Notes under the pieces: model-generated | Databases searched by the model: none | Seen by the model: only the letters and a program-made list of their open reading frames with translations | Told to the model about the DNA's origin: nothing | Virus record (IMG/VR): IMGVR_UViG_3300045594_000116 | Location: 32,001 to 96,000 of that record | Direction: 5' to 3' (one strand) | Source: a virus | Taxonomy: Duplodnaviria > Caudoviricetes | DNA length: 64,000 bases | Part shown: piece after piece, positions 51,901-58,123 of the stretch | Layout of the letters: every line of letters begins with the position of its first letter | How positions within the stretch are numbered: position 1 is the stretch's first letter | Program-made: the position numbers and the translations under genes

Positions 51901-54498
51901 CATCGTATTACTACGAGCGTTGGAGACTTTGTGTCTCATGGCGTAAAGAGTATAGGTGGTTTCTTATCTGGTGATGCCAACGCAGATACAACCAAAGCAT
52001 CCAATGTTCCTACGGAAAAGGAAGTAGCTCCAAATGGAAAGAACTACGAAACTAACGATGTTAAATATCTGACTGATAAAGGATATAGTAGAGAAGATGC
52101 TCTCAAGTTCCTCGCTACAGATCCTAAATATGCTAAGTCTGATGACACAGCACCTAATGGTACTAAATATTCTGAGAATGATATTAAGTATTTGCTGAGC
52201 AAAGGATACACTAGAGCGGATGCTCTTAAGTTCCTCGCTACAGATCCTAAATATGCTAAAGCTTCTGGTAAAGGCAAATGGGGTCGTGGTGGAATCGGAA
52301 GTTGGTTCCATCGTATTACTACAAGCATTGGTGATTTCTTTAGCGGAAAATCTAGCTCCACTCCTGCAGCTAACGTTCCAACAGAAAAGGAAGTAGCTCC
52401 AAACGGAAAGAACTACGAGACCAATGATGTCAAATATCTTTTAGATAAAGGGTATAAGAGAGAGGATGCTCTTAAGCTTCTTTCTACAGATCCTAAGTAT
52501 GCTAAGTCTGATGACACAGCACCTAATGGCAAGAAATATTCTGAGAATGATATTAAGTATTTGCTGAGCAAAGGATACACGAGAACTGATGCTCTCAACT
52601 TCCTTGCTACAGATCCTAAATATGCAAAGACGAATGCTAGCTCCACTCCTGCTCCAGCAAGTATAGCTCCAGCTAAATCTGCTACTGAGCAGGCTAGCTC
52701 TGTACTGTCAACTAAAGGAACTGTAACGCTTCCTACAGCTCCAAAGGCCGCCGCTCCTATAACGGCTCCTGCACCTAATCCGAATTCTATTGAAGGAATA
52801 AGAGCTACCATAGCCGATATTCCTATTGATCAGATTGCGGAATATAACCGTATACTTGATACTGATAGCATTGCTGTTGCTAAGGCTAAAGCTGAGAAGG
52901 CTAGATCCGAATATCAGAAAGCTACTGGTACTGGTAAATGGGGTAGAGGTAATGGAATAGATGCTATTAGGGCTTCTATCTCCGACATTCCAGAATCTAG
53001 CATTCCGTCGTATAATCGTATCAACGATGATGACGACTTATTCGTTGCTAGAGCTAAAGCCCGTAGAATCCGCGCTATGTATGGAGGAAGCAATTCTTCT
53101 ACTATGGCAGCACCTACAAGCTTAGCATCTGTTGCAGCATCGGCTCCATCGGTCGGCATTAGCAGCACTCCTGCTATGAGCTCTGGAGCTTCAGGTAATA
53201 TAGATGCAGCTAAAACTATAGCTGAGATTCGCGCATGTATCTCAGATATCCCAGAATCTAGTATTCCGTCATATAATCGTATCAGCGATGATGATGACTT
53301 ATTTGTTGCTAGAGCTAAAGCTAAGAGAATTCGTGCCATGTATGGTAGCGGCTCTGGTAAATGGGGTAGAGGTGGAATCGGTAGTTGGTTCCATCGTATT
53401 ACTACAAGCATTGGAGACTTCTTCACTGGTGGCAGTAGTAGTAAATCTACATCTGCTGCAGTGGCAGTTGAAAAAGAAGTAGCACCTAATGGTAAACATT
53501 ATGAAACCAATGATGTAAATTACCTTACTAAGAATGGGTTCACAAGAGATGCTGCAATAAAGTATCTTGCAAACGATCCTAAATATTCTTCAAAGGATCT
53601 TGCTCCTAATGGACAGGAATACTCTGAGAATGATATTAAGTATTTGCTGAGTAAAGGATACACTAGAGCGGACGCTATTAAGTTCCTCGCTACCGATCCT
53701 AAGTATGCTAAGAAGAAGGAAGAAGAGAAGAAAGCCGCAACTGCACCAGCTACGACCACTCCTATTACTAACACCACTCTTAGCACTACGAATACTTCAG
53801 TTCCTACACCTCCAAAGACTGCAGCACCTATAACTGCAGCTGCTCCAAATCCGAATTCTATTGAAGGGATTAGAGCATCTATTGCTGATATTCCGCAGGA
53901 TCAGATTGCTGATTACAATAAGATTCTTGATACTGATAGCCTTGACGTTGCTAGAGCAAAAGCAGAAAAGGCTAGATCTGAATATCAGAAAGCTACTGGT
54001 ACTGGTAAATGGGGTAGAGGTAATGGCCTTGATGCATTGCGTCAGTCCATATCTGATATTCCACAGGATCAGATTGCTGATTACAATAAGATTCTTGATA
54101 CTGATAGCCTTGATGTTGCTCATGCCAAAGCTACTCAGATAAGAGCAAACTATAGAAGATCTCTTCCATCCGCTCCGGGTAGTGTTAGCCAGTCTAACAA
54201 TATACCTCCAGCTCCTGGAACTGTAACTGCCAATGGTATGGCTCCTGGTATGCCTGATCATGGTGATAAATTCGATACGATGATTGAACTTCTTAAAGGT
54301 ATGGCTAAAACTCTTATTGTTATCGCTCAGAATGGCAATGGCGGTGGGTCTGCTCAGCAGAAGCAAATCGACGATATGAAGACGCAGCTTGGCTCCGTTG
54401 TATCTGGATTCAACCAGACTACTGGAGTTAGTGATGTATTCGGAGGAAAGGATACCTCTAGTATCATAAACTCCTTGAATGTATTAGCTACTAGATAA
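39916..54498 (+). CDS. Giant tape-measure / tail-associated lysin (4860 aa) with C39-like peptidase, phage tail lysozyme, glucosaminidase and M23 peptidase domains plus C-terminal repeats
   Basis: Long helical and Gly/Ala-rich hydrophobic N-terminal region. C39-like: YSQLD..SACGP..H..D. Tail lysozyme: AAAGIMGNMQQES..YGLCQW. GH73-like: AQMVNESGW..NYGGIK..GGYY. M23: HGGVD..HMD..GPHLHYE. Confidence 0.85.
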   Translation: MLAIVKNYMKNIPKSIAYATVDTITSKSATLHDFSERNQDLYKSTYHAIRDYRTTIDKTKKAIQSSPIYRAGDLAFNNAMEDIRTGNFYNKERENKMEEEAVGDFGLDEFGEGINLGNEEGKPEGDKSQVAPPSLGDKMVCSSIGDAAKANATAVATAVGKTGKYIADTQKSIANMQYVQNAQMMGVMQTGFGNISSGLQTIYTTTAGLLKTQADNSKTFYETTTRALNEQNAMIKEMLEMQRERYKKEQEKEKPHSNNYSDIISASGAPDLKMYGKVVLENVKKLANEKSMGIASMLDENTLKAMAANPLGGIISLGINAAMGNHLSKAMERFDKTLSGVFGNFISRMNAEAKKGDGLAGILGKIFGIKSTVKTTLDTSKYEKGNMSWNGKANKALTEVIPGYLARIESALTGKEERRYDLDSGKWKSVRAIRTEWKANQKKYVTDSTSDVREEMKKLMKGMRFKTLDKKKGFDEDLDNFFEALYNNYGEFNEHNNKANKSDYGVSSSQNFKMIREMFKKLPKNVRSQIAGNTLNARASQDTTNRAHEKAGNAAYNVVFDESNMGSINEFNEKTGELKKNLGLLSSMNLNVMKDSYKHTVFDYLRDISETLKNIRTLSERGGFGGGGGNGHGHGRNRRPRYNWDEINKNNRGPREESRTERDQDREARKRQHYLDSAKEGEFQFDDDSSMGRFNTIITANASARDAKQAEDDRTKGNFIDRALGRRARNANGDKKSLSARLAAAGSIFDKVDVIADQLADFAKKPTEMLAGVVEAADQHVYDLFFSKDSNEVDPETGERAHGMFGYMKIQLKKTFSDANKWIKEKITDKLKEKYGADSMLGVANNAFKKYTGIDVGEKMKSLKTSIVGDGQGQKGLLSPVLDGITDSLKKALVEMKEDVKSTAEEARQAAMDAMNDDVTVGQRANGGFVPRTGLYMLSKGEAVVNSEDNPYNPNKNANVNADAKREQSMMVKLRKQFPNVDIVDGNYAKGTNPFKDKYKKEQHKIRKAKFNLDRVNGLRDKYKDQLSAFMGSFMGEGKSEDSGKMNLKDAKSILRSAAKGAGNFSAETIAKAKALVDAEQSERINTRSVQFADSILGNGDFKKTRLQMDKAKSAIMKLTPKVAGGAAVGTAAGFVLGGPLVGAVLGSATAIAMNSKTVNEFLFGKVGQDGKNDNKGIFSGKTQESIKKWFPDAKKYGITGGVLGLIGPFGPLTGVMLGSAIGFAKHNDTIKNALFGETGLINKGTKQKLKKALPAMGMGAAAGNVAGLLLGGPFGLLGNSVIGAGVGMLASTDQFKDTVFGKDDGHGHRTGGLVGEFRNAVLNPFKGGVKRVVDRFGRYLSEDIVKPVTSAMAPLGKVLELSIKKMASGISSVVGGTIKKVLSPVTDAATHYFKKFFLNSWVGKKVTEGAKLIGGGLLKVASAPSWLIGKVGDKARGSLIKSGNADFMSAEQRLAFADKHGIKDYSFSGLDQSLANTDAKGAESLAEQLKLMRNNGEGLEDSLATSRANMRKDVQSNGSIDNFTYRKIEKLMEAGKYKEAIDYVQSMKNITSTEKMRIINALKSGQKEVAKKRNAAEAGRTNIQAGYEKLSKQYGLDITGDNAKKIEALARKEAEAKRKDEGNGNTVEGEAADGSGSLVTAMNTNTIETVNILTEINKNLQAFLNGTKPGNAGAASENRAAANADKTFDHGNDKINQRAASLNGALEDKMFALNQKNGSMVRANISDENIYKLADSRSRDGKKKDRMSKLNKIIDRGINLTDTINMILGLDDPEFKIITDFFDTGMNMNATELAEFIGVCHDDRIIGCVKDFIKEGIPFEHLAWMKNCDNEMRRMIIQLHKEALPNATADQLYAVSGKYGTIISNARNGMNEDEITRSIGKKRGADLKRDTKAFGNQEASDVSKRNKMNVASDAMNKAGKATNGAIDSIGNATMAPINQARGFLHTSAATQDARNSRAASERAANIDKGNNASLKEEQKMIEQANKGRAEIEKNSKEAVPVGAHAFGLANLISGGMSVLSKGEQILSPVTKVLKKGYNGYQKAKSIANKFAHPIDTAMGYGKKKWNKAYNEAKAMQAAKNGGASAGSAGGASTETVSTEFGPQTYTRTTDGSMSLANTKENKDIQDKMAHKEEMQEEIVAKLEEIADNTGNPQGGGEPQGKKSGGFLSTLLALLGGLLSMLNPLSLAKKLFSILRSVGGKLFGTILKDILPAILKRFPMLGKLLGGLFSGGGAGGLFSGIKGLGGKALGWLSDKAMIAKDVAGGTLKAMGGLALDAGGKALSWGKDKLGGILGGAGRGLSKLGGKIGGIFGGGSSSGGGFLGKLKGKAGSLLGAAKGIGGKALGMAPGLAKGAAGLMVGGGMIDGIKSLTCTALDWVKSQIFGGDSGDGSSDGNESNGGGGGLFNTAMDYGGKAVDWARDKAGKAAGWVGDKASGLWNGAKSVAGKAAGWVGDKASAIKNAGSKAVDWGLSHIEGAKGAALKGWQGIKGVASSAMDAGSSFMSKAADAGSGVIEAVKNRVSGLLKTIGNYAAKMIPKNIAGKLSTVLDKIMEKVTNPQNAAKLAEKIGIKQGFTAAEAGAGPETLGVGTLVVGAAEIGFWFTKGYNNASEDFDLKDGVEPTTGMKFASGLAEAVTGATPIGYVLDGKDVIDIVQDIMGSDIGASNKDVNSANQSNDGAQQQMSGGNDSNGGDGGDDDNKSWFDKAKDFAANAASSAKNAVVGAYDWAKDKVSGIASVIKNRFGSGKWGRGAGDFYSQLDPSVAGMRFNAPGDTVTQTIGDSACGPASMLNMASALGKGKWGRSKWGRGASDLVAAAKDALPFKEKDGGVHPDYFRKEGEKLGIHTENIGVSNMDAAVDAGKPVILMGRDSNNNGTGNTPGVYGPYNHYITVTGKDKKGNYITQDPEGNPNQSVSKNYLKAHSSLAIAGSTGRGKWGRAKAMIASAARRAKLGFGRSKWGRGTDNAETIWNLLTTQYGLSNQAAAGIMGNMQQESGFDPHAVQDGGSADEPPDSCLNAADGSNAYGLCQWTGSRLRAMNDFAKSQGKSAGDIEVQLAFMKQEAGDTWNTISNAGTAEEAATIWAREFERCGIDGSRVAYATDIFAKQGKGITNKSTPSGNQNGNSSGGNQKDYSGLYGKIAKIQDALSSAFDFGEKKPDNKNGNKPGGLNVTGDVKYAVLKDLSKFINGGDPKIAAGAQVAMKTSQLTGLPADLIFAQMVNESGWFKSAVAEADHNYGGIKAYGDAKRGSAADDGEYYRHFDSDEEYAQYYATTLKKYEEDGIGQADTPEKFAHALKAGGYYAGDETDYANTMRGILNGGGGKWGRGRRSLPIGTTAKYGRGFFSSIADFINNRKPAAADDSEQGSEYTDTKPNPNGDSGGDDSSSSSDDSSSSDDSSKDKDGKDKDKKKDDKNKKPDSNSEDIGDGGMLDKIGTTAETMAKSLHDTIAPIIKSIGGLATKIFGSNITKIFGKTNPFEKQFSSGSESSNKDGDNKSGNKDSKGKQLPGVKVAGNPVEMLTSNLHAPVTSDYGATDGRPDAGAHGGVDIGAEQGTPVPSTVSGTATWVPPAGSGGGGYGNAVQVKDSKGNFHMFAHMDSQAVSQGQTVAKGDILGYVGSTGISTGPHLHYEIDPPENENAVKRGEHIDPNSYSVEGLGKWGLGARPKHSGYADVDSKHPMSKKIMQISDAASILSHKQVHEAAKSAGLAASGKWGRGIGSWLKRVGGSVRDFAVHSVRSIGGFLSGDANDDTAKTDVPTEKEVAPNGKNYETNDVKYLTDKGYTREDALKFLATDPKYAGKAGDDIAPNGTKYSENDIKYLLSKGYTRADALKFLATDPKYAKAAGKGKWGRGGIGSWFHRITTSVGDFVSHGVKSIGGFLSGDAKADTTKTDVPTEKEVAPNGKNYETNDVKYLTDKGYSREDALKFLATDPKYAGKAGDDTAPNGTKYSENDIKYLLSKGYTRADALKFLATDPKYAKASGKGKWGRGGIGSWFHRITTSVGDFVSHGVKSIGGFLSGDANADTTKASNVPTEKEVAPNGKNYETNDVKYLTDKGYSREDALKFLATDPKYAKSDDTAPNGTKYSENDIKYLLSKGYTRADALKFLATDPKYAKASGKGKWGRGGIGSWFHRITTSIGDFFSGKSSSTPAANVPTEKEVAPNGKNYETNDVKYLLDKGYKREDALKLLSTDPKYAKSDDTAPNGKKYSENDIKYLLSKGYTRTDALNFLATDPKYAKTNASSTPAPASIAPAKSATEQASSVLSTKGTVTLPTAPKAAAPITAPAPNPNSIEGIRATIADIPIDQIAEYNRILDTDSIAVAKAKAEKARSEYQKATGTGKWGRGNGIDAIRASISDIPESSIPSYNRINDDDDLFVARAKARRIRAMYGGSNSSTMAAPTSLASVAASAPSVGISSTPAMSSGASGNIDAAKTIAEIRACISDIPESSIPSYNRISDDDDLFVARAKAKRIRAMYGSGSGKWGRGGIGSWFHRITTSIGDFFTGGSSSKSTSAAVAVEKEVAPNGKHYETNDVNYLTKNGFTRDAAIKYLANDPKYSSKDLAPNGQEYSENDIKYLLSKGYTRADAIKFLATDPKYAKKKEEEKKAATAPATTTPITNTTLSTTNTSVPTPPKTAAPITAAAPNPNSIEGIRASIADIPQDQIADYNKILDTDSLDVARAKAEKARSEYQKATGTGKWGRGNGLDALRQSISDIPQDQIADYNKILDTDSLDVAHAKATQIRANYRRSLPSAPGSVSQSNNIPPAPGTVTANGMAPGMPDHGDKFDTMIELLKGMAKTLIVIAQNGNGGGSAQQKQIDDMKTQLGSVVSGFNQTTGVSDVFGGKDTSSIINSLNVLATR
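51190..54150 (+). repeat. Intragenic repeats: ten ~38-aa APNG..Y..ND.KYL..KGY.R.DAL.FLATDPKY units and five IRA.I.DIP....YN.I...D....A.AKA units
   Basis: Directly visible in both protein and DNA. Confidence 0.92.
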
Positions 54499-54504
54499 TA
54501 AAAA

Positions 54505-54532
54505 GTCCCAGAAGGTATTATCCTTCTGGGAT
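54505..54532 (+). terminator. Intrinsic terminator
   Basis: tcccagaagg-tattat-ccttctggga followed by a T-run. Confidence 0.8.
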
Positions 54533-54636
54533 TTCTTTTGTAAAATTAGATGTAATGAGCTATATATTATATCAATGATAGATAAATAGACAAGTCTACT
54601 AGATAGGCCTCTGTCATATAAGGAGGTTGATCTATC

Positions 54637-54852
54637 ATGAGTAATTCCAAAATTGTTTCAGTCGAGTTCAAGAAGAATAGTAAATTCGATCCTACAGATG
54701 TCATCGTGACATTCGACGATGGCCGAGTAACTAAGATCTTCGACTACTTTGAAGATGAAATTACCTTCTTCGCTAATGAGCTCATTGGGCTCACAGAGAA
54801 AGAGGCTGGAGATCTCTATATGAAAAAAGATATGCATTATCTTCGTTCATAA
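54637..54852 (+). CDS. Small early conserved hypothetical protein
   Basis: Early promoter at 54561-54571, AAGGAGG RBS, own terminator, and an antisense late-type promoter at 54899-54910. Confidence 0.78.
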   Translation: MSNSKIVSVEFKKNSKFDPTDVIVTFDDGRVTKIFDYFEDEITFFANELIGLTEKEAGDLYMKKDMHYLRS

Positions 54853-54960
54853 AGAGATAAGAGAAACGAAGCATGGATGCGACGTTTCTTTTTTTTTCTT
54901 AAACGGCTGTTATTGCTGTCTTCAACAATATGATAAACGAAGATAGGAGTGAATGTGATA

Positions 54961-56904
54961 ATGGGATATGCATATACTATAACACAAGATACAGTTGCCA
55001 GAGCTGATTGCGCTGATGATGCTGCCGTAACTGCTAATATTGCAGCTGGCACAACTCTTGGCGTAGATGAAGTATCTGGTGGTTGGTATCATACCGGTAA
55101 AGGCTGGATATACATGATGTATTCTCCAGGTGGTGGTAAGAATGATATTTGTATTCTTAATAAGGCAGATACTAGTACGGCTTCCCTTGATAAAGGAAGT
55201 TCCGTAACCTTTAAACAAGGTGATGATTTCTACGACATAGGTGGAAATCTTATGAAAAGCGCTACTAATTATATCATAAGTGATTATAATTCTAGCACCG
55301 GTATAGTAACGCTTACTGATGGAACAAATACGTATCATGTAAATAAAGATCTTATATCTACTATAGATAAGGATGGAACTGTTGTCATTCCAGGAAATAT
55401 AGCAGAGGCTAGTACAGGAGTTTTGACTGATGATGGTACGTACACTACAGTTACTAAGGAATCGGTTCTAGATCAGGCTAAGAATGCATTAAAGTCTGCT
55501 AAGGATTCTTTTTTCTCTAGCGGTGATAGCGCTACTAGTAATGGTAAAAATCTAGATTTACGAGTAAGTACGGCACATGGTATATTTGGTATGCCGTATC
55601 AGTATATGCCGATAGCAGATCCTAGGGAAGATGAGTCGAATCAGGATGCATTTGGTTTGACATACTCAGATCGTATAGCTGCTAGAATGCCTCTTATGGT
55701 TATGATACCTGGAGTACCTGAATTTTTAGCCGGTAAGAGCGATAAGGAAAAGAAAAGTTTCGCCGAGAAATTATTAAATCTTAATGCTGGAGACTTATCT
55801 GATGATCTTACCAACCTCATTAGTACACCTGGTAAGTATTATGGAATGAAGCAAGATTGGGCTTCATACTACAAGTACGTAGATGTAATGTGTGATACGG
55901 CTGCTCATCTTCTCAATGTCGATGATGTAGATTACTTTAATGGAAAACTCGGAGACTATAACTGGTATAAAGCTAGTAATGATGATCTTAGAAAGAAGTT
56001 AAACTACAAAGGCGGAGTTGCATTCTATGTAAATGCTGAGAACACAGTATCTGAGTCGTTCTCGAATGCGACTACGCAATCAGCATTACTTAGTAAAATT
56101 AATGGTCTTTCTGATATCGGCCGTGAAATTAACTTTATCACTGGTGCCAAGAATGATACACTTGGTAAAGACTCTGATAAGGTATCCAATGGCGATAATG
56201 CAATGAAGGCCAATGAAAAAGCTCAACAGGCAGAAAAGATCGCAGGCCATGGTGGTACTGTACAGAATCTTATTGGCGCATTAGGATCGGGTTTAACCAC
56301 TGTTATCTCTGGTGGTAAACTCATGTTTCCTGAGATATGGCAGGATTCACAGTTCTCTAGAGATTATAATGTAAGTATCAAACTCACCTCTCCAGATTGT
56401 GATAACCTTTCTATATTTTTAAATATTATTGTTCCATATTTACATCTCGTTGCATTTGTAGCACCTCATAACGTCAACGTTAATGGATATATATCTCCAT
56501 TCTTGGCTCGTGTATACTACAAAGGCATGTTTAACTGTGATATGGGAATGGTAACTTCTATGTCTGTATCTAAAGGCGGAGATGGAAACTGGACACCATC
56601 TGGCATTCCTACAGTTATAGAGGTACAGCTTTCTATAAAAGAACTATATGGAACTATGTCAATCAATAATAGTCAGCAGGCTAATGGAACTGGTATCCTT
56701 TCTAATTTGATTCTTATGGATTATATTGGTAATCTTTGCGGAATTAATATTCAGGATATGGATCTTCCACGTATGGCTGCATTCTATTACGCAATGTACG
56801 TCCATAATAGATTCACCTCATACTTCTACGAGAATATCGAATCTGAGTTAAACAACTGGATTGATAATCGTAGGTTGGGCTTCTCTCGGCTATTTGGCAG
56901 TTAA
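54961..56904 (+). CDS. Putative baseplate / tail-tube-initiator-like virion protein with an N-terminal SH3-like segment
   Basis: Late promoter at 54925-54936; lies downstream of the tape measure. Contains GWYHTGKGWI and a C-terminal FPEIW..S.FSR...W...G.PT pattern. Confidence 0.6.
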   Translation: MGYAYTITQDTVARADCADDAAVTANIAAGTTLGVDEVSGGWYHTGKGWIYMMYSPGGGKNDICILNKADTSTASLDKGSSVTFKQGDDFYDIGGNLMKSATNYIISDYNSSTGIVTLTDGTNTYHVNKDLISTIDKDGTVVIPGNIAEASTGVLTDDGTYTTVTKESVLDQAKNALKSAKDSFFSSGDSATSNGKNLDLRVSTAHGIFGMPYQYMPIADPREDESNQDAFGLTYSDRIAARMPLMVMIPGVPEFLAGKSDKEKKSFAEKLLNLNAGDLSDDLTNLISTPGKYYGMKQDWASYYKYVDVMCDTAAHLLNVDDVDYFNGKLGDYNWYKASNDDLRKKLNYKGGVAFYVNAENTVSESFSNATTQSALLSKINGLSDIGREINFITGAKNDTLGKDSDKVSNGDNAMKANEKAQQAEKIAGHGGTVQNLIGALGSGLTTVISGGKLMFPEIWQDSQFSRDYNVSIKLTSPDCDNLSIFLNIIVPYLHLVAFVAPHNVNVNGYISPFLARVYYKGMFNCDMGMVTSMSVSKGGDGNWTPSGIPTVIEVQLSIKELYGTMSINNSQQANGTGILSNLILMDYIGNLCGINIQDMDLPRMAAFYYAMYVHNRFTSYFYENIESELNNWIDNRRLGFSRLFGS

Positions 56905-56986
56905 TTTTTTATATGCTAGGTTACAATAGACTAAAGGCCATTATGTGCCTTTAGTCTAACCTTTGCTAAAAATTCGAGGTGATACT

Positions 56987-57703
56987 TTGGCGGGCAAAAA
57001 GAAAAAATATAAAACTCGTGAAGATAAAGCGGAAGAGTATGAAGCTAAGTTTAGCGACATACCGAAGGATTATAATACTAGATTAGATTGGCTATACGAT
57101 AAGCTACATCTTACTCCTAAAAAGAGTCAAGAGATAATAGAGAAATACCAGCGTATGCAATCTACTATTTGTTATAACGGAATATTTATAGTCTTATATG
57201 AGGTTCCAGAAGGATCTCCAAGACCAAGATTTAGACTAGTTAATAGAAAGAACTTAAGCGATATGGCTAAAGCTAACTCTAGCTTTGTTCATGTCTATTC
57301 ATTAACTGGTGAAAGCGATAATAGATTTATGAGAAGATTGATGTCCGATGAGGACTTTATCGATCTTGACCATATTATATATACACCATGCAACTTAGTA
57401 TATACTACATATTTTAAGACTCCTGGTTACTACAACTCAGTTGATACATATCTAGCTGAGCTTGGAATGCACAGGCCTATAACTAAACCAGATTGGGATA
57501 ATCTGGGTAAAAAATACAGTGATATGAGTAATAGCAACCTATGGTTAGATGATAATCTAGTTATAGATGGAACGGTAAGGAAGTTCTATTCGGTTCTTCC
57601 ACGAGTAGAAATAGAACTACAGTATACCAATATGCTATTTAATAAATATCAGTATGAATCTATTAGAAAAAGGTATGATGGAGATGTGCAATATTTTAAG
57701 TAG
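56987..57703 (+). CDS. RusA-like Holliday junction resolvase
   Basis: PRPRF, KPDWDNLGK..SD and LWLDDNLV signature; TTG start after GAGGTG. Confidence 0.82.
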   Translation: MAGKKKKYKTREDKAEEYEAKFSDIPKDYNTRLDWLYDKLHLTPKKSQEIIEKYQRMQSTICYNGIFIVLYEVPEGSPRPRFRLVNRKNLSDMAKANSSFVHVYSLTGESDNRFMRRLMSDEDFIDLDHIIYTPCNLVYTTYFKTPGYYNSVDTYLAELGMHRPITKPDWDNLGKKYSDMSNSNLWLDDNLVIDGTVRKFYSVLPRVEIELQYTNMLFNKYQYESIRKRYDGDVQYFK

Positions 57704-57717
57704 GGGAGTTTTTAGAA

Positions 57718-58077
57718 ATGATTGATACTGACAATACGTTACTTTTTATTGGAAAGGTGCGTTGTAAGCTGGCGCAGAACAACTTCTATGATCCGTATAT
57801 TATAGACGATATCGCTTCTGCACTCAAAGCTAAGGAATATGATTACGATAATACTAGAGGATTGCTGATCCTCAAGATGGAGAAAAGTATTCTTTGTTCA
57901 AAAGGTAAAGATGCGTATTCTGTAATAGAACCTATGCTTCAGAGATTCTATGAAAGCAGATCATTGAGATTGCTTCAGATCCTTGGGAGAGATGATACAG
58001 AGCGTATGCTGAGTCTCCCATCGAAATTATTTTATACAGTTATGGAAATGGACAATTCAATTGTTGTTCAGTTTTAA
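57718..58077 (+). CDS. Hypothetical protein
   Basis: 119-aa ORF with RBS; palindrome terminator at 58091-58118. Confidence 0.72.
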   Translation: MIDTDNTLLFIGKVRCKLAQNNFYDPYIIDDIASALKAKEYDYDNTRGLLILKMEKSILCSKGKDAYSVIEPMLQRFYESRSLRLLQILGRDDTERMLSLPSKLFYTVMEMDNSIVVQF

Positions 58078-58123
58078 AACACAAAATATACCCCTCTACT
58101 CATTGCGAGTAGAGGGATATATT

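Noticed and set aside
51190-54150. Diversity-generating retroelement template/variable repeats
   Set aside because: Differences between copies are largely synonymous rather than adenine-specific, and no reverse transcriptase is present in the window.
40151-54366. Many minus-strand ORFs within the giant tail gene, and similar shadow ORFs elsewhere (e.g. 11937-12803, 38205-38855, 60190-60972)
   Set aside because: They are antisense shadows of long genes, without RBS or recognisable motifs.
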